Source of the DNA: Octopus sinensis
Lineage: Eukaryota
Assembly (NCBI RefSeq): GCF_006345805.1
Contig: NC_042997.1
Span: 78,244,001-78,308,000, forward strand
Reading direction: 5' to 3'
DNA: 64,000 bases
The position numbers and the translations under genes are program-made. Below are positions 50,911 through 64,000 of this stretch, piece by piece. A model generated the notes under the pieces. It saw only the letters and a list, made by a program, of their open reading frames with translations, was not told where the DNA came from and did no database searches. Numbering within the stretch: the stretch's first letter is position 1; each line of letters opens with the position of its first letter.

Positions 50911-51651
50911 AGTTTATGCATTTCAGAGGTACACTTAATCATATGCGCTTCATTTTATATAGTCACACTCTGAAAATGATATATTAGCGTCTCCTGTACA
51001 AGGGAGTTTTATTTCTCATCTACTTAATACCTTATGCTAAACAGGGGCTCTATAACACTTCCACATTAGAAATCAACTCTGACCATATAAAAGGGCTAGT
51101 TCTACTGATATGGTTGTTGCGGCTACATAGCTACACTTCAACTGTGGCTGGGTAAACCTACGATAAATAACGCTTCAGTCATGACAATCACGTTTTTTTT
51201 CTCGAGCATTGCATATCAACGACTGCATTATGCAATGTGTCTTTTTGAGAAGAGAAAATGTAATCTGAGCGAGATTTTCCTACACTTTCTAGCAAATCGA
51301 ATGTCCATTCAGAGATTCTCAAATCATTTCTAATCAAGCATCAAGCTGTCCTATGGTCACAGTTAATCCACAATACCACGAAGTGCATCCATTTTTAGAC
51401 ATCAGAGTAATTTTCAGGTAGATTTGTATACTGTTATTTACAGGTGAGTGACCACATAAAGTCTTCCGTGTTGGCTGCTAAGTTTATTTATATGGTATAT
51501 GACATTTAGAATTGAGCGTCTTTGATAATGTCATAGATGATATCTTTAAACATTAGTTATTCTCTCGACTAAGCTAATTGTAACCTACTAACCTCTTATC
51601 TGAAAGTTTTGTTAATACGACAATGAGTGTGTGCATTATGTCCCTCATATA

Positions 51652-51700
51652 CACTGGTGTGCAAAAGTCTTAGGCAGTCCCATTTTTCTCTTTGAAATTT
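51652..51700. mobile_element. Isolated Tc1-like terminal sequence
   Basis: TA|CACTGGTGTGCAAAAGTCTTAGGCA; partner end not found. Confidence 0.35.
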
Positions 51701-52464
51701 GATAATAATTGGAACTTAATGCTGAAATATTCATTTTTATGATATGGTACTAATTTTGTAATATATTATTTTAACATACATTAAAAATTCACAGAATTTC
51801 CAGTATTTGCTAAAGTTGACTAAATCATGAACCAAAAAAATTGTTTCATTTCATTAAAAATTACTTAAATGTTACAATAAAACATCATGAAAACATCAGC
51901 TTTAAATATCTTTATGCCAAAACAATTATCGATATTTCCATGTTTATATCTAGATTAAATGCGTTTGTAACACTTCCTTCATCAGCTCAAAGATTTCTTC
52001 TGATTTGGATTTGAAAGTACTAAAAATCAAACATACCCGTCCGGTATGAGTAACACCGGACAAACCATGCCTGACCGCCAGTACCAACGAATTCAAAAAT
52101 ACAAATGAGAACTCACATTCGTCCCCGTCCACCCACGTGAGTTACAGAGTAGTACATTCCTATAGAGATAAACTGCAGTTAAAATTTCAGGGAGAGAGAA
52201 TTATATTGTCAATAATAAAGTGTTGATCTTTATAGTCAACTAATCCAGAAACAGGCTTGTTCTCATGTGATCTTATATAGATGTGAATTTTCGTTATTTT
52301 TCCCTTATACCTGTGTGAGTTATTTCTGAGTATGCATTGTCTGGGAGATTTTTCTTACAGTAGAAGAAATAGCTAAGTTTTTGGCTGCTGTTTCTAAAAA
52401 GTTCGGTGTGTGGTAAAGTAAATTATTTTACTGAACCCTATTTTTATAAAGTAATATATATATA

Positions 52465-52495
<31 letters not shown>

Positions 52496-52789
52496 ATGAT
52501 TACTTCATTTTGACAGATGATAGCCGTGCCATCAACACACACACTACACCCCATCACACAGCGCAATCACTCCGTTGATTAACACTTAGATGACTTTCAA
52601 GACCAGCTGCTGACTGAAATGTTTTAAAACACAAGTGACATATTATTCAAGCTTCTATATCCTTGCTCTTTGGAATCTGATACTGAAGGAATGCTTTTGT
52701 GAACTAGCATATGTCTTTTAAGTCTAAATATGGTCTTATATCTAGACTTACTTGGTGAGGTAGGTGATTGTTGGACACCCTGCAGAACG

Positions 52790-53200
<411 letters not shown>

Positions 53201-53912
53201 AAATTTTTTTCAATATGCTAGGCTACTGGTATAAATTGATATTAATCTAATTAATATCAATTTTTTACCCTTATTATTTAAATTTAAATAACCATGTTCT
53301 CTAATCGGCAAGCTTCGATGCGGAAAACTATTTTCTGCGGAAGTCATTTCTGGCTTCGGCGCGCCGAAACGAAGACATTTGAAATATACTCCAAAATATA
53401 ATTGATAGAACTGTATGCATGTTGTCTCTCGGCAGGACGTCCCGTGTATAGACCTTCAAATTATATTTTCTATGACGGTCACACTGAAGATTTGCAGACA
53501 TTTACTTAATGTAAATGGTAACAATGAAACCTAGTATGTGACTAATCATTATATTTTGTATCTTTTCATTTGCCTTGCCCGATTTACGTTCTGGGGAAGG
53601 GATTATGTATGTATGTATGTATGTATGTATGTATGTATGTATGTATGTATGCCTAAGTAGCGAGATAGATGGATAGATAGATAGATAAATAGAAATCTTA
53701 TAAAAAACAATTATGTTGTAATTTAATTATGATACCCATACAATTAATTAGCCTGTATATACTAATTACATTCCAAAAGACGTGTGTACCAGATGTGCAG
53801 GAATATGAGCAGTACGAAAGACATATGCGCCTAAACGTTTATGAGCAGGCATAAAAGTCAATGAGAGAGCAAGAGAGAGACAGAAAGATAGACATAGAAA
53901 CAGAGACAGGGG

Positions 53913-53958
<46 letters not shown>

Positions 53959-54117
53959 CTTAATGAAAGAGGCAAAACATTTCAGAGCGGGGTAGCACCA
54001 ACTGTTATAGTATCACGTTTTCTAAAAGACATCAAATTACTTGGCTATGTTTATATTACAATCACTACGTTAGTTGTTGTCACAAAACTCTTACCACAAA
54101 CACTCATGCATACATGT

Positions 54118-54192
<75 letters not shown>

Positions 54193-54264
54193 CCGTATAT
54201 ATCTATATGTATATATATATATATCTATATATATCTATATGTATATATGTACGTTAGTACGTTA

Positions 54265-54787
54265 TTATTTAATTTTATTTCTAGATTTCTTGCCAATGGA
54301 AAAAGAGCCGATTTCTAACATAGATCCAAGATTCCTTCATTGGAATTTCAACATCAACAAGATATTTGTGCATTTTTTTGTGTGTAAGTGTGCAATATTT
54401 AGACTCAGTGCGTGTGCAGATATGTATATTTTGTTTTATAGTTGAATGTCTAGACATGTACATATCTACTTAAGTGATAAAGTTTTGAAAAGTTTTACAT
54501 ATTTTGACAGTTCCATTAGTGGCATGTAACCGTAATATTCTAATTAGCTTTCTAATATTTGATTTTGAAAACCTTAATATTTTACAATTGATACTAAGGC
54601 CAGAGTCCTAACAATTAAGGGCATAAATCTAAATTTGTAATCTAGTGGAATAGCTGTAAATTCCTAAATAGATCAGCGTAGATGTTTCGTTTTTCTTTGA
54701 TCGTTAGCTTTATGTTGAAATCCGTGGGGCAACCGATTTAGGCTACAGTTTCTCTTCTCTATCCCAAATCTCTATGACTCATCTATT
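54265..54787 (-). mobile_element. Second copy of the (CATA)n-associated R4-like family, 3' end only
   Basis: WDREEKL, NIYADLFRNLQLF, and a 3' UTR homologous to 41150-41270; 5' junction in (TATG)n. Confidence 0.85.
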
Positions 54788-54848
54788 ATGTATGTATGTA
54801 TGTATGTATGTATGTATGTATGTATGTATGCATGCATGCATATATGTA

Positions 54849-55205
54849 CGAGGGGGTACCCAAAAGAAACCGGAATTTTTCAACATTCTTTTATTCACTA
54901 AGTTTTACATGTTTACACTTTTACACATTCAAAATATTTTCCTATTGAAGCGATGTATCGGTCCAGGCGCATTTTTCACTGTTCGAAGCAGTCCTGGAAC
55001 TCTTGTGAAGTGATGCCTTTTAATGCCTCCGTCGTTTTTTTCTTTACCTCTTCCACATCTGCAAAACGTTTTCCTTTAAGGACTTTTTCATTCGGGGGGA
55101 CAAAAAATGTAGCAGGGAGCAAGACTGGGTGAATAGGGAGGGTGGATAAGCGGGGTCATGCCATTTTTAGTCAAAAACTGTTTTGCGCATTGTTGTGACG
55201 AAACC
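54849..55205 (-). mobile_element. Mariner 3' fragment of a second family
   Basis: TA|CGAGGGGGTACCC terminus; RMKKVLKGKRFADVEEVKKKTTEALKGITSQEFQDCFEQ. Confidence 0.85.
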
Positions 55206-55919
55206 ACCATTCTCCTCTCACTGGGCCTAACCACATCCAGCTAGTTACTTTTGAATGTTCTTGTCTCAGATTCCACAAAAGAGAAACAAACTTAATTGAA
55301 ACAAAAACGTTCGATGTGGAAAGATTTAAAATATATCACGGATTCTAAGAAGTGCCGGAGGTTACAGGTCCCTTACGTGTCGAATGACACTATGCAAAGA
55401 AGTGTGCGTGTATATATATATATATATATATATATAAAGACCTCTGAATATCAGAGAGTAGGCAAGAAGTTTATATCATTTGTTCTCTACATACGGTTCA
55501 ATTTTGTGATTCAATCGCACATTGTGGTTTCAGGTGAAATTTTGAACATTTGTGGTATTATAATATAGTGATCAAATGTCTGAAGAAGTTGTAAGAATGA
55601 CGAGAGGGAAGAAGATAGAGAGCAAATTGAGAGAAACAGAGAGAGATAAAACGCATAAAGGAGAGAGAGGAAAATATACAAAAAGAAAATGTAAGATTGT
55701 AACATAAAGTGTTTCCCTGATGGTTCATTGTGTTTTACCGTCCAATTGCACTTGGAACAACTAGTGCAGAAGTTGTAAAGAGATGGAATGGTGAAACATG
55801 CAGAGAAACGAATGATATAAACTTCTTGTCTAGTCTGTGACATTCAATGGTCTTTAACACTGGGTGTCGTATAGGGATATCTTCTAGGACACCCTACCGC
55901 AGAAAATTTGTGTACAAAC

Positions 55920-56001
55920 CATACATACATACATACATACATCATACATACATACATACATACATACATACATACATACATACATACATACATAACATAC
56001 A

Positions 56002-56076
<75 letters not shown>

Positions 56077-56103
56077 GATATATATATATATATATATATA
56101 TAT
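55920..56103. repeat. (CATA)n/(TA)n microsatellite
   Basis: Direct reading. Confidence 0.95.
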
Positions 56104-57774
56104 GCATGTTTTTTTAAACATAGTATACCCAAAATTACTGCAGTCAACTAGTTTCTTATTGAAACGATATAATGGGATCTGAGCTAGATTTGGCTGCAAT
56201 TTATAGCTCCCACATTGGTGGGTTTGAAGGTATTATCATTATTATTTATTGATATTTTCGTTAAAAAAATTATTTTCTTTTGTATTGAATCGCTTCTGGT
56301 ATTCTAATGTTCCATTTTTTTTAAGAAACATGGCCTCACAGTAGCGACCCTGTTTCTTACAGAGCTGCCGGGGAATACCCCTGGTTTGACAGAACAAATA
56401 TTTCATTTTAAAATAAATACTATGATTTATCCAAGAGAAAAGTTAAAACATCTTCTTGTGAAGAAATGTAACAACTGGGTTGATTGGTGAGAACTGTAAT
56501 GTTATTGCTGATATCAGCTCTCGAGATACTTTTAGTTCTGCACTGGTTGTATGTAGAATTGTATATCACGCAAAAGAGGAAGAATTCATTTGGTTTGATA
56601 TGGTACACACCTACCCAGCACCTGCCTCCCTCTCGGTTTCCTTTTCTGTTTCCTTATTTACTTCTTGCCTTTGTTTTTCTTTCCTGCTTTCCATTTTGAC
56701 CTATACTTCATTATTTTTCTATCTCACTCAACTTTCCATTTCATATTCTCTTCGTGCCTCCCCCCTTTTCTTCTTTTCTTCAGTCATTACTTCCTTTTTT
56801 GAGTGTGTGCTTTTGACTGCTTGCAATAATTTTCTTTTGTAGTTGAATCGTATTTCTATTTCTTGTTCCGTGCATGTCGACATATACATTTATGTAGCGC
56901 GCGCGCGTGTGTGCACGAGTGTAAAATTGCATAAGCGTGACCCTTGCTGAAACATAAAGCTAACGAAGAAGAGTCTTGTAAAGTCATTACTCCCGATGGA
57001 TTATGATGGATTAAACTGGATTAGGCGAAACGATGAACGTCTTTATTCCTTACTAACTCTCTTGGACGCGGTTATTGTATAAATATATAGCTAAAATAAT
57101 CTTCATGTAATTTCTTATTTAAATACACAGATTATATCAAAAAGACGATTCCCTCAGATAATTTATTTTTCTTCGTGTTCAAAATAGGTGATTATTCAAC
57201 TGTCGAAACTTTAACGAATACATGCTTTGATTTTCATTTAAAACTGTCTCACAAATATATTATTAGAACTCTACAGATTTGTTCAGGATGGAGATGAAGA
57301 TAATGGCATTTATATTAAAATGTGTTATGTGCAACAGAAGCAGTCTTAGAGTTAAGAAGCAGTCTATGTATCATACAATATTAAAATTTAAAATTTATTA
57401 CGGTATCGGTCATGACATAATAGCTCTTATGGATGCGGTGTGTTAAATAGCACAAATAAGTCAGTAATTGACGAAATTCCTCCAGAAGCGATGCGAGAAT
57501 GCCAGATGTACATATCTGCCTTTTGGAGTTTTCTTAGTAACAAATACAACAACCATATGCTAAAATAAAATCTGTCATCACACATACATAAAAAAAATCA
57601 GTGATTACGTACATAACAGATCCGGACGAATACCGCAGTTAATTTGGCCTTACGTCTTGTATTTTCATTAAGTGTGGTACACAGAAGGCTATTTTAATTA
57701 AATTCACGCTATAAAGTGATATGTGTGGGTGTTTGCATGGGTGTTATGAGCAAGGATAACATCATGAGTCAAAA

Positions 57775-58215
57775 GAATGACCTAGCTGTTCATTCCTAAC
57801 AAGTTCTGGCAGATTTGAACGTAAATATGGTATTCGCTGTTATATTTCACCAGAGAACAGAAACTCTCTTTACACAATGCCTGTTGACAACAAACGCGAA
57901 ATAGTAATTTATTATTGGCAGACATTTAGCTCTAACAGCAAACAATTTGATGAATTCTATAAACATGAACAATTACTCTTGTTCAGATTCAGAGAACCTT
58001 CGGCAACTCTGGCTAAAGAGGTACAATCATGTCAAATAATCAGTGCCTCGGAATCCATTATATTACCGAGTTGTTTTTGTTGTAAGCGTACACTGTTGAA
58101 AGGGAGAAGTTGTTTTGCTGTTCTCGGAAAATGAAATGCACTACTTACCGAATGGCATATTCACGTTCAAATCTGTTGAAATGTGTTCAGAATGAATACA
58201 CACATCATTTCATGT
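57775..58215. repeat. Old, strongly diverged palindrome
   Basis: Best block 57810-57836 vs 58149-58175 (24/27 matches), with weaker similarity inward and outward. Confidence 0.65.
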
Positions 58216-58283
58216 GTGCGTGTGTATGTGTGTATCTATGTATACAATCTATATCTATATATATGTGCGTGTGCATATATATA

Positions 58284-58315
<32 letters not shown>

Positions 58316-58354
58316 GCACGTATGTATATATATATGTGTATGTAATAAGAATAC

Positions 58355-58633
58355 GTGGAGGCGCGGTCGGAGGATCGCGGTTTCGATTCCCAGGCCGGGC
58401 GTTGTGTGTGTTTATTGAGCGAAAACACCTAAAAGCTTCACGAGGCCCCGGCAGGGGGTGGTAATCCCTGCTGTACTCTTTCACCACTCTTTCTCTCACT
58501 CTTTCTTCTGTTGGCCTGTTCGCTTAGCCAGCGGGGTGGCGTCATTCAAAGGCTAAAACAATGCGAAGTGCATTGTGACCAGCGATATGTAGCAACATCT
58601 GATGGTCTGGTCGGTCACATGATGATGATGATG
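58355..58633 (+). mobile_element. tRNA-derived SINE family A, tail type 3, with (ATG)n end and TSD
   Basis: Box A deleted, box B GTTTCGATTCC; AATAAGAATA at 58344-58353 and 58634-58643. Confidence 0.85.
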
Positions 58634-59306
58634 AATAAGAATATACAGATCTATGTTTAATTGTTGCTTACATGAAGTAATCTGTTGCTGCTACACAAAG
58701 AAAATAGCCTCAACGCAACAGTGAAGCTTGTAGGAGAGGTTGTAAGGGCTAAAATTCAGCTCCCAAGAGAGAAGTTGGGAAAGACACACAATGATTTATA
58801 TATAGAAAATGCATGAAGAGTTAACATCAAAATTCGGCATTGAGAGTAATATCAATCTCCGAACCAGTCGCTTCTGCAAAACCCCAAAGTTTCCATCAAA
58901 AGACAAGACCAAATACTGCCAAGTTTCCATGAAAAGATAGGACCAAATACAGTTTGGTGTTCAAAGGTTCATAGCTCTTTAATGTCTTACAATGAAGTTG
59001 AGAAATCTATCTGCTGTGAATATACATGAATTCATGAATCAGTATCAAGGCAAAAACTAAACTCAGGGCAGCAGCTAATCACCAAAAGCTAATTACAGAA
59101 AGAAGGCTGGAGAAATATCTGCAATTGCTTATGCGGTGTTCTAGTATGACGCAGCCTTCGTTATAAAATAGCAAAAAAATAAAAGAAAGAATATGGGTGT
59201 ACAACAGAGAGCGGAAAGGAGACAGAGAAGAAAGAAGGGAGGGAAAAGGAGTGAAAGAGAAGAAAAAAGAAAGAGAGGACTAAACTCAGTCCTACAAAAA
59301 AACTGC

Positions 59307-59472
59307 TTCAAATTTTGGTACCAGAGAGGTTAGTCGAATACATCGACTTCATTACTTGACTGCTATTTTATTTTATTGACCGAAAGGAAGATCTCTGTTA
59401 CGTAAAGAGACTGAGAAAATACTGCTAAGCATTTTGTCTGACGTATTTATGATTCTTCCAGCCCATCGCCTT
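59307..59472 (-). mobile_element. SINE family C, degraded
   Basis: Homology to 45237-45443. Confidence 0.65.
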
Positions 59473-62400
59473 AGCCCTACGAAATAATAAAATAACAAAA
59501 TGATAAATTACTCGTTAATTTTACAGCGTACTTGTTGTTGCTTGATCAATGGATTTATCACGTTGTCTGTTGCAGCATGCACTGCTTCAACTATTCATCC
59601 AATGTGGTATTGACTCAAACACTCGTACTTTGAAGAGCCATCGAAAAAGCCGTTAAGTGGTTCACTGACCTGTAACTAGTAGCAAGCAGTACTTGCTCAA
59701 ACCACATCTCAACCCATTAAATAAGGGAGGGGAAATATTGAATAAGGTAGTTCTGGATACACTATGTTTGAAAATAATTGGATGAACATAGACGAAACGC
59801 TTTTGACCATTTATCATAGATTTGGTGCTAAACAACAATAACCACAACCTTGTGCACTTATATTAGAATATAAGTAGGATTTGGAAAAGACAAAAAGGGA
59901 AAAAGAAGTTTATGATTGCTTCAGAAATGAATATATTCATTTCTCAAATATAAATGTACTCTTCTTCAACTGTACTCTTCTTCAACTTGTGTCACTGAAA
60001 GAAGAACCACATTATATAATCTAATGTATAAAGTTTCTTCTGTGAGACTAAACAGCTGAATTCGTTCGTCATGAGTGCGAACCGAAACTTGTTGTTATTC
60101 AGTTTACTAGGAGATTGCATCTAATCTACAGTGCAAGCCTTTGAGATTAACATATTTTTATTGATTTATGACTGCTACATCTCAACAGCTAGATTTTCAC
60201 GTGTTTTATTTTGGCAACTGATGGCCGTTAATAGCTATTCTGATATTGAACAGTTACTCATCAATCAATATTTCTTAATTCTGGTTCTCATTGACCCAAC
60301 ACTTGTGTGTTGAAGACACATTACAAGGTGTAAAGAGAGTAAACAATCAAGATAATTTGGTCTTAGTGTTGTATTGTTTACTTTATTATATTATTTTCAG
60401 CTCGTTGTTTTGTTATGAAGCTTTTAATTTAGTTTAGCATCGAATTTGGAATTCAGACTAAATAGTAATAACAAAAGGTTCTATATTCAATGGCGTTCAC
60501 AGCTTCCTAAAGAAAATTAACGACGTAAAAGCAATGAAATAAGTAGAAGCATAAAACGAAATGACATGAAATAGATTCATTTGGAGCCAATTTTGTCACA
60601 TAACTTGAATGTCTCCAATAGTGGAACCAGAGGTAACTTGCAATTATTTCTAGCTATACGATAAGTAAAAGTTATATTCTGTGGTATCTTCAATTATTTT
60701 ACTTTTAAGTTTTGGGAATTTGTGAAGATATATGAGATCATTATATATACAATGGATAATTGGTGTACTGTCAGAGTTGCTGCTCATGAGTATTCTTTAT
60801 AATCGTATACTTAACGCAATATCACCTCCTTTCCGTTTATGTACGCATTAATTCTCGAACATTACTGCTGAAAAAAGATTTTCGAATTTTATTATAAAGG
60901 AATACGCGTGGCGTGTACGAAAGCGTGTACGAAACATCAGCAGCCACACAAAAAAAATGTACTTTAAAGATTTTGAAATATATATTTCTCGGCTTCCTCA
61001 ATATTTGTATGTGAATAGTCAGCTCTATTATACTTTTCGGAATATCTCTTGATCTTGAAGAGACAAACTAGTGAATTTCATTCCCAACTTTGATAGAAAT
61101 ACTTCTTTATGTTAAATTGTACAATTCATCTGTTCTGATGTAGTGATGCGTAATATTCCTTGAACTTTCAGTATTCTGGATTTTAATTAAAATATTAAGC
61201 CTGAAAGATGATGTAGCTGAACAAATGAGACCTGACAAAATCGAAATCCTCATTATTCGTTAGGTGTGCATATCTTCTCTGGAACAATTGTTCATTGTTT
61301 TAAGACAATGAACAATTGCATTAAGCACTGGATAGGTAATTCCTTAGTACTTGGGTGTTTCATGCTTATGCATCGAAATTCTACCAGATTACCAAAATTG
61401 GTTATTAAAATTTGACTAGTTTGTAATGAGGCTGATTAAATTTCCACATTGTTATTATTACTTCTTTAAGCGCATCATTTGAGACTGACAACAGTAAAAT
61501 AATTAAATACATCTTGAAAAGCATACACAAAAATGCTGAAAGTTAGAAACTCCTACTTAGAGTTATTTTCTTGAAGGAAATATATTCTCATAATTAATTT
61601 CTTTACATTAATTTCCATAATAGTTTTCTATTGTCATTTCAAAGGCAACTTCTCTTGAAGCAGATAAAATTAGGAGAATAGACGACTGTGAGGCAAACTG
61701 TTATCGAATTTCCTGAATTATTCTAGTGTTTTGTTCTATTTGCATTTTCCATAACTTTAAAGCATCACATTCAAATTCTTTTTTTGGATGTTTGGCTGAA
61801 TGATAAAATATTTAGTTGTATTGTTTGTCTTTTTGAGAACAGGGACTGGATTGGTTCATTCCTCGGCCAATAGGAAAGTTTGTAATACATTAAATTTATT
61901 AAGTGAGGTTCAATAATTTTACATTAATCTATTTGACAACCATCTCAGTCAATTTGATTCAATATTAATCAGTGTTAATGCTTTTTAACAGTCACTCCTC
62001 TAGTGCTCTCCCACATAAACGTCTTTGGAACTATATAAAATAAAAATTTAAAGTTTAAATACTCTGTAAGCTAACACAACAACCGAAGTCCATATAACGT
62101 ACATTCAACAATCAATATCTTGTGAGCTTTTAAAAATATATAGTAGATTTCATACATACTGTGATGAATCTTTTGTGAAATCTAAATAAAAACGAAAATG
62201 TGGGATATGTTGGCGTGACAATTAAGGAAGTAAGGTTAACAATTATATTAATGTCCATACCCACCGGCTAAGTAACATCTGAGATTTACTTTCAGTGAAT
62301 AAAATAAAAAAATACATTACATTATTCTATCCCAGTATAACTATTGCTTTATTATTTCAAACAACTCATTATGATACATAGTAGCTTTATAACACAATAA

Positions 62401-62544
62401 GTTGAATACCTTGACAATCAATGTGAACTAGGTTAATTTCGTAAGGGCTTGGTAGATGTCAAATTGTAAATATTAAATTTTGGTCTAAAATAATTGTCTA
62501 TAATATATTACAGAAGGGACTGAAAAAAGCAGTAACATCATCTG

Positions 62545-62588
<44 letters not shown>

Positions 62589-62594
<6 letters not shown>

Positions 62595-63198
62595 TATTAG
62601 AGAGTTATCCACTATGTGGATAACTCTAGTGCTAAAAATAGCTCCGAAGCAACCACAGAAGATCTGTTTCCAACTAGAATCAACATACATTTAACGGAAG
62701 GAAAGTGAAATACAACGAATAAAATAGATTGACTCTATACAATTGTTTCATTACTAATGTAATATGTAGTTTTACTTACACTTACATCTATAAATCTTCG
62801 GTAGAGTTTGTCAGAAATGCAATTAATTAGATCGATTCGAGCGTCAAAAACACGAGCGGTCCAACCAATTACATTTTTAGTTATGTCTCAAATTCCGCGC
62901 CAAAAGCATGCCTAGACTCCATTGGAAACGTATGCCGCATCAAATAAAATATTGACTGCCGCGTAGTTAAATTTATAAAATTATAAATGAGGGTGAAAAA
63001 TCGATATTAATTTAATAATACCATTAATTTAACACCAAGTGGCTTAGCACTAGAGTTATCCACATAGTGGATAACTCTCTAATAATTTATGTATAAATTT
63101 GTATTTTCTCCGTAGTTTTTTGTGCTAAGCCACTTGGTGTTAAATTAATGGTATTATTAAATTAATATCGATTTTTCACCCTCATTTATAATTTTATA
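62589..63198. repeat. Nested inverted-repeat module between (TA)n arrays
   Basis: 47-bp IR (62589-62635 / 63044-63090) and 77-bp IR (62974-63050 / 63122-63198), both perfect by hand comparison. Confidence 0.92.
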
Positions 63199-63199
63199 T

Positions 63200-63285
<86 letters not shown>

Positions 63286-64000
63286 ATATGCATGCATGTA
63301 TATATTACGTATGTATGTATGTACGTATGTATGTATGTATGTATGTATTTATGTATGTATGTATGCATGTATGTATGTATGTATCAAATGGATGTCATAA
63401 AACTATTCCGCAAATACAGCCATACCAACAATTCAACATACCTCCATCATCAGCTGCCCCACGCATATCACTATGGTTTCGACACCTGGGCAGTACCATT
63501 CAATCCGGTGGTGTCAACAGCACTAAAATAAGTGCTGTATGTGTATATATATATATATCATAGATTTAGGAACTAGTACTACACTAAGAGAGACTGAGAT
63601 TAGGAAAATGAGACTAAGCACTATATGCTACTCCTCACTGTGAGCTGACAAATAAGGGGACTCCGTACACCTACGTTCCTCTGCAATTTATTTCCATCAC
63701 TGTATATAGCATCTTCTTTACGTTTGCATAACAGTTTCTGTAATGTGTTTTTCCACACCATAGAGATGTCAACGTAAATAGAAGTTATGTAAATTGTAAA
63801 TAATAACACAGTAATTACGAAGAAGCCATTAGCAGACTAAATTTAAAAGAAAAAACAATAACCACCTCCATAAAAAATTTTAATGCAAATTACCACTATT
63901 ATATGACAATGAATCCATGCAAATTATCGAGCTCAATCCAGAAATGTTGATGTATAAAACATGGAAATGCTGTTTTACATAACAGACAACAATGTTTCTG

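Noticed and set aside
33240-51450. CAG|GT recursive-splice-like motifs (33248, 48322, 51441)
   Set aside because: A rough estimate gives a few per window by chance, and no host gene is defined.
52700-52779. Y-x5-L-x2-H-x3-H ([14 protein letters not shown]), resembling half a C2H2 finger, and a 28-nt exon-like unit
   Set aside because: No cysteine pair and no adjacent fingers; splice motifs are at chance frequency.
62615-63064. Perfect bacterial DnaA boxes (TGTGGATAA 62615-62623, TTATCCACA 63056-63064)
   Set aside because: Eukaryotic repeat context; they are part of the hairpin IR, with no other origin features.

Overview
AT-rich eukaryotic DNA, most likely from a coleoid cephalopod (Octopus-like; inferred from SINE types and microsatellite load, not proven). 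I found no recognisable host protein-coding gene, rRNA, true tRNA or CRISPR array. Most ORF-track entries are microsatellite read-throughs or transposon fragments. The window is mostly mobile elements in and between (TA)n, (CATA)n, (CA)n and (TAA)n arrays. These are several Penelope-like elements (PLEs; one with an uninterrupted 580-aa RT+GIY-YIG frame), R4/Dong-type RLE retrotransposons, a CR1-like LINE, Helitrons, two mariners, a decayed piggyBac, a Tc1-type MITE, a probable Gypsy remnant and several tRNA-derived SINE families. The main signals not shown by the ORF track are: (i) type I hammerhead ribozyme (HHR) motifs, including a U3-A8 compensatory-core variant and a back-to-back pair inside a 494-bp near-perfect palindrome; (ii) microsatellite-anchored fold-back structures; (iii) an R4-like family that seems strand-specifically targeted to (CATA)n; (iv) modular SINE tails and a LINE/SINE-tail fusion; (v) a duplicated block with frame-preserving exon-like features. 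All alignments and folds were done by eye and need computational confirmation.
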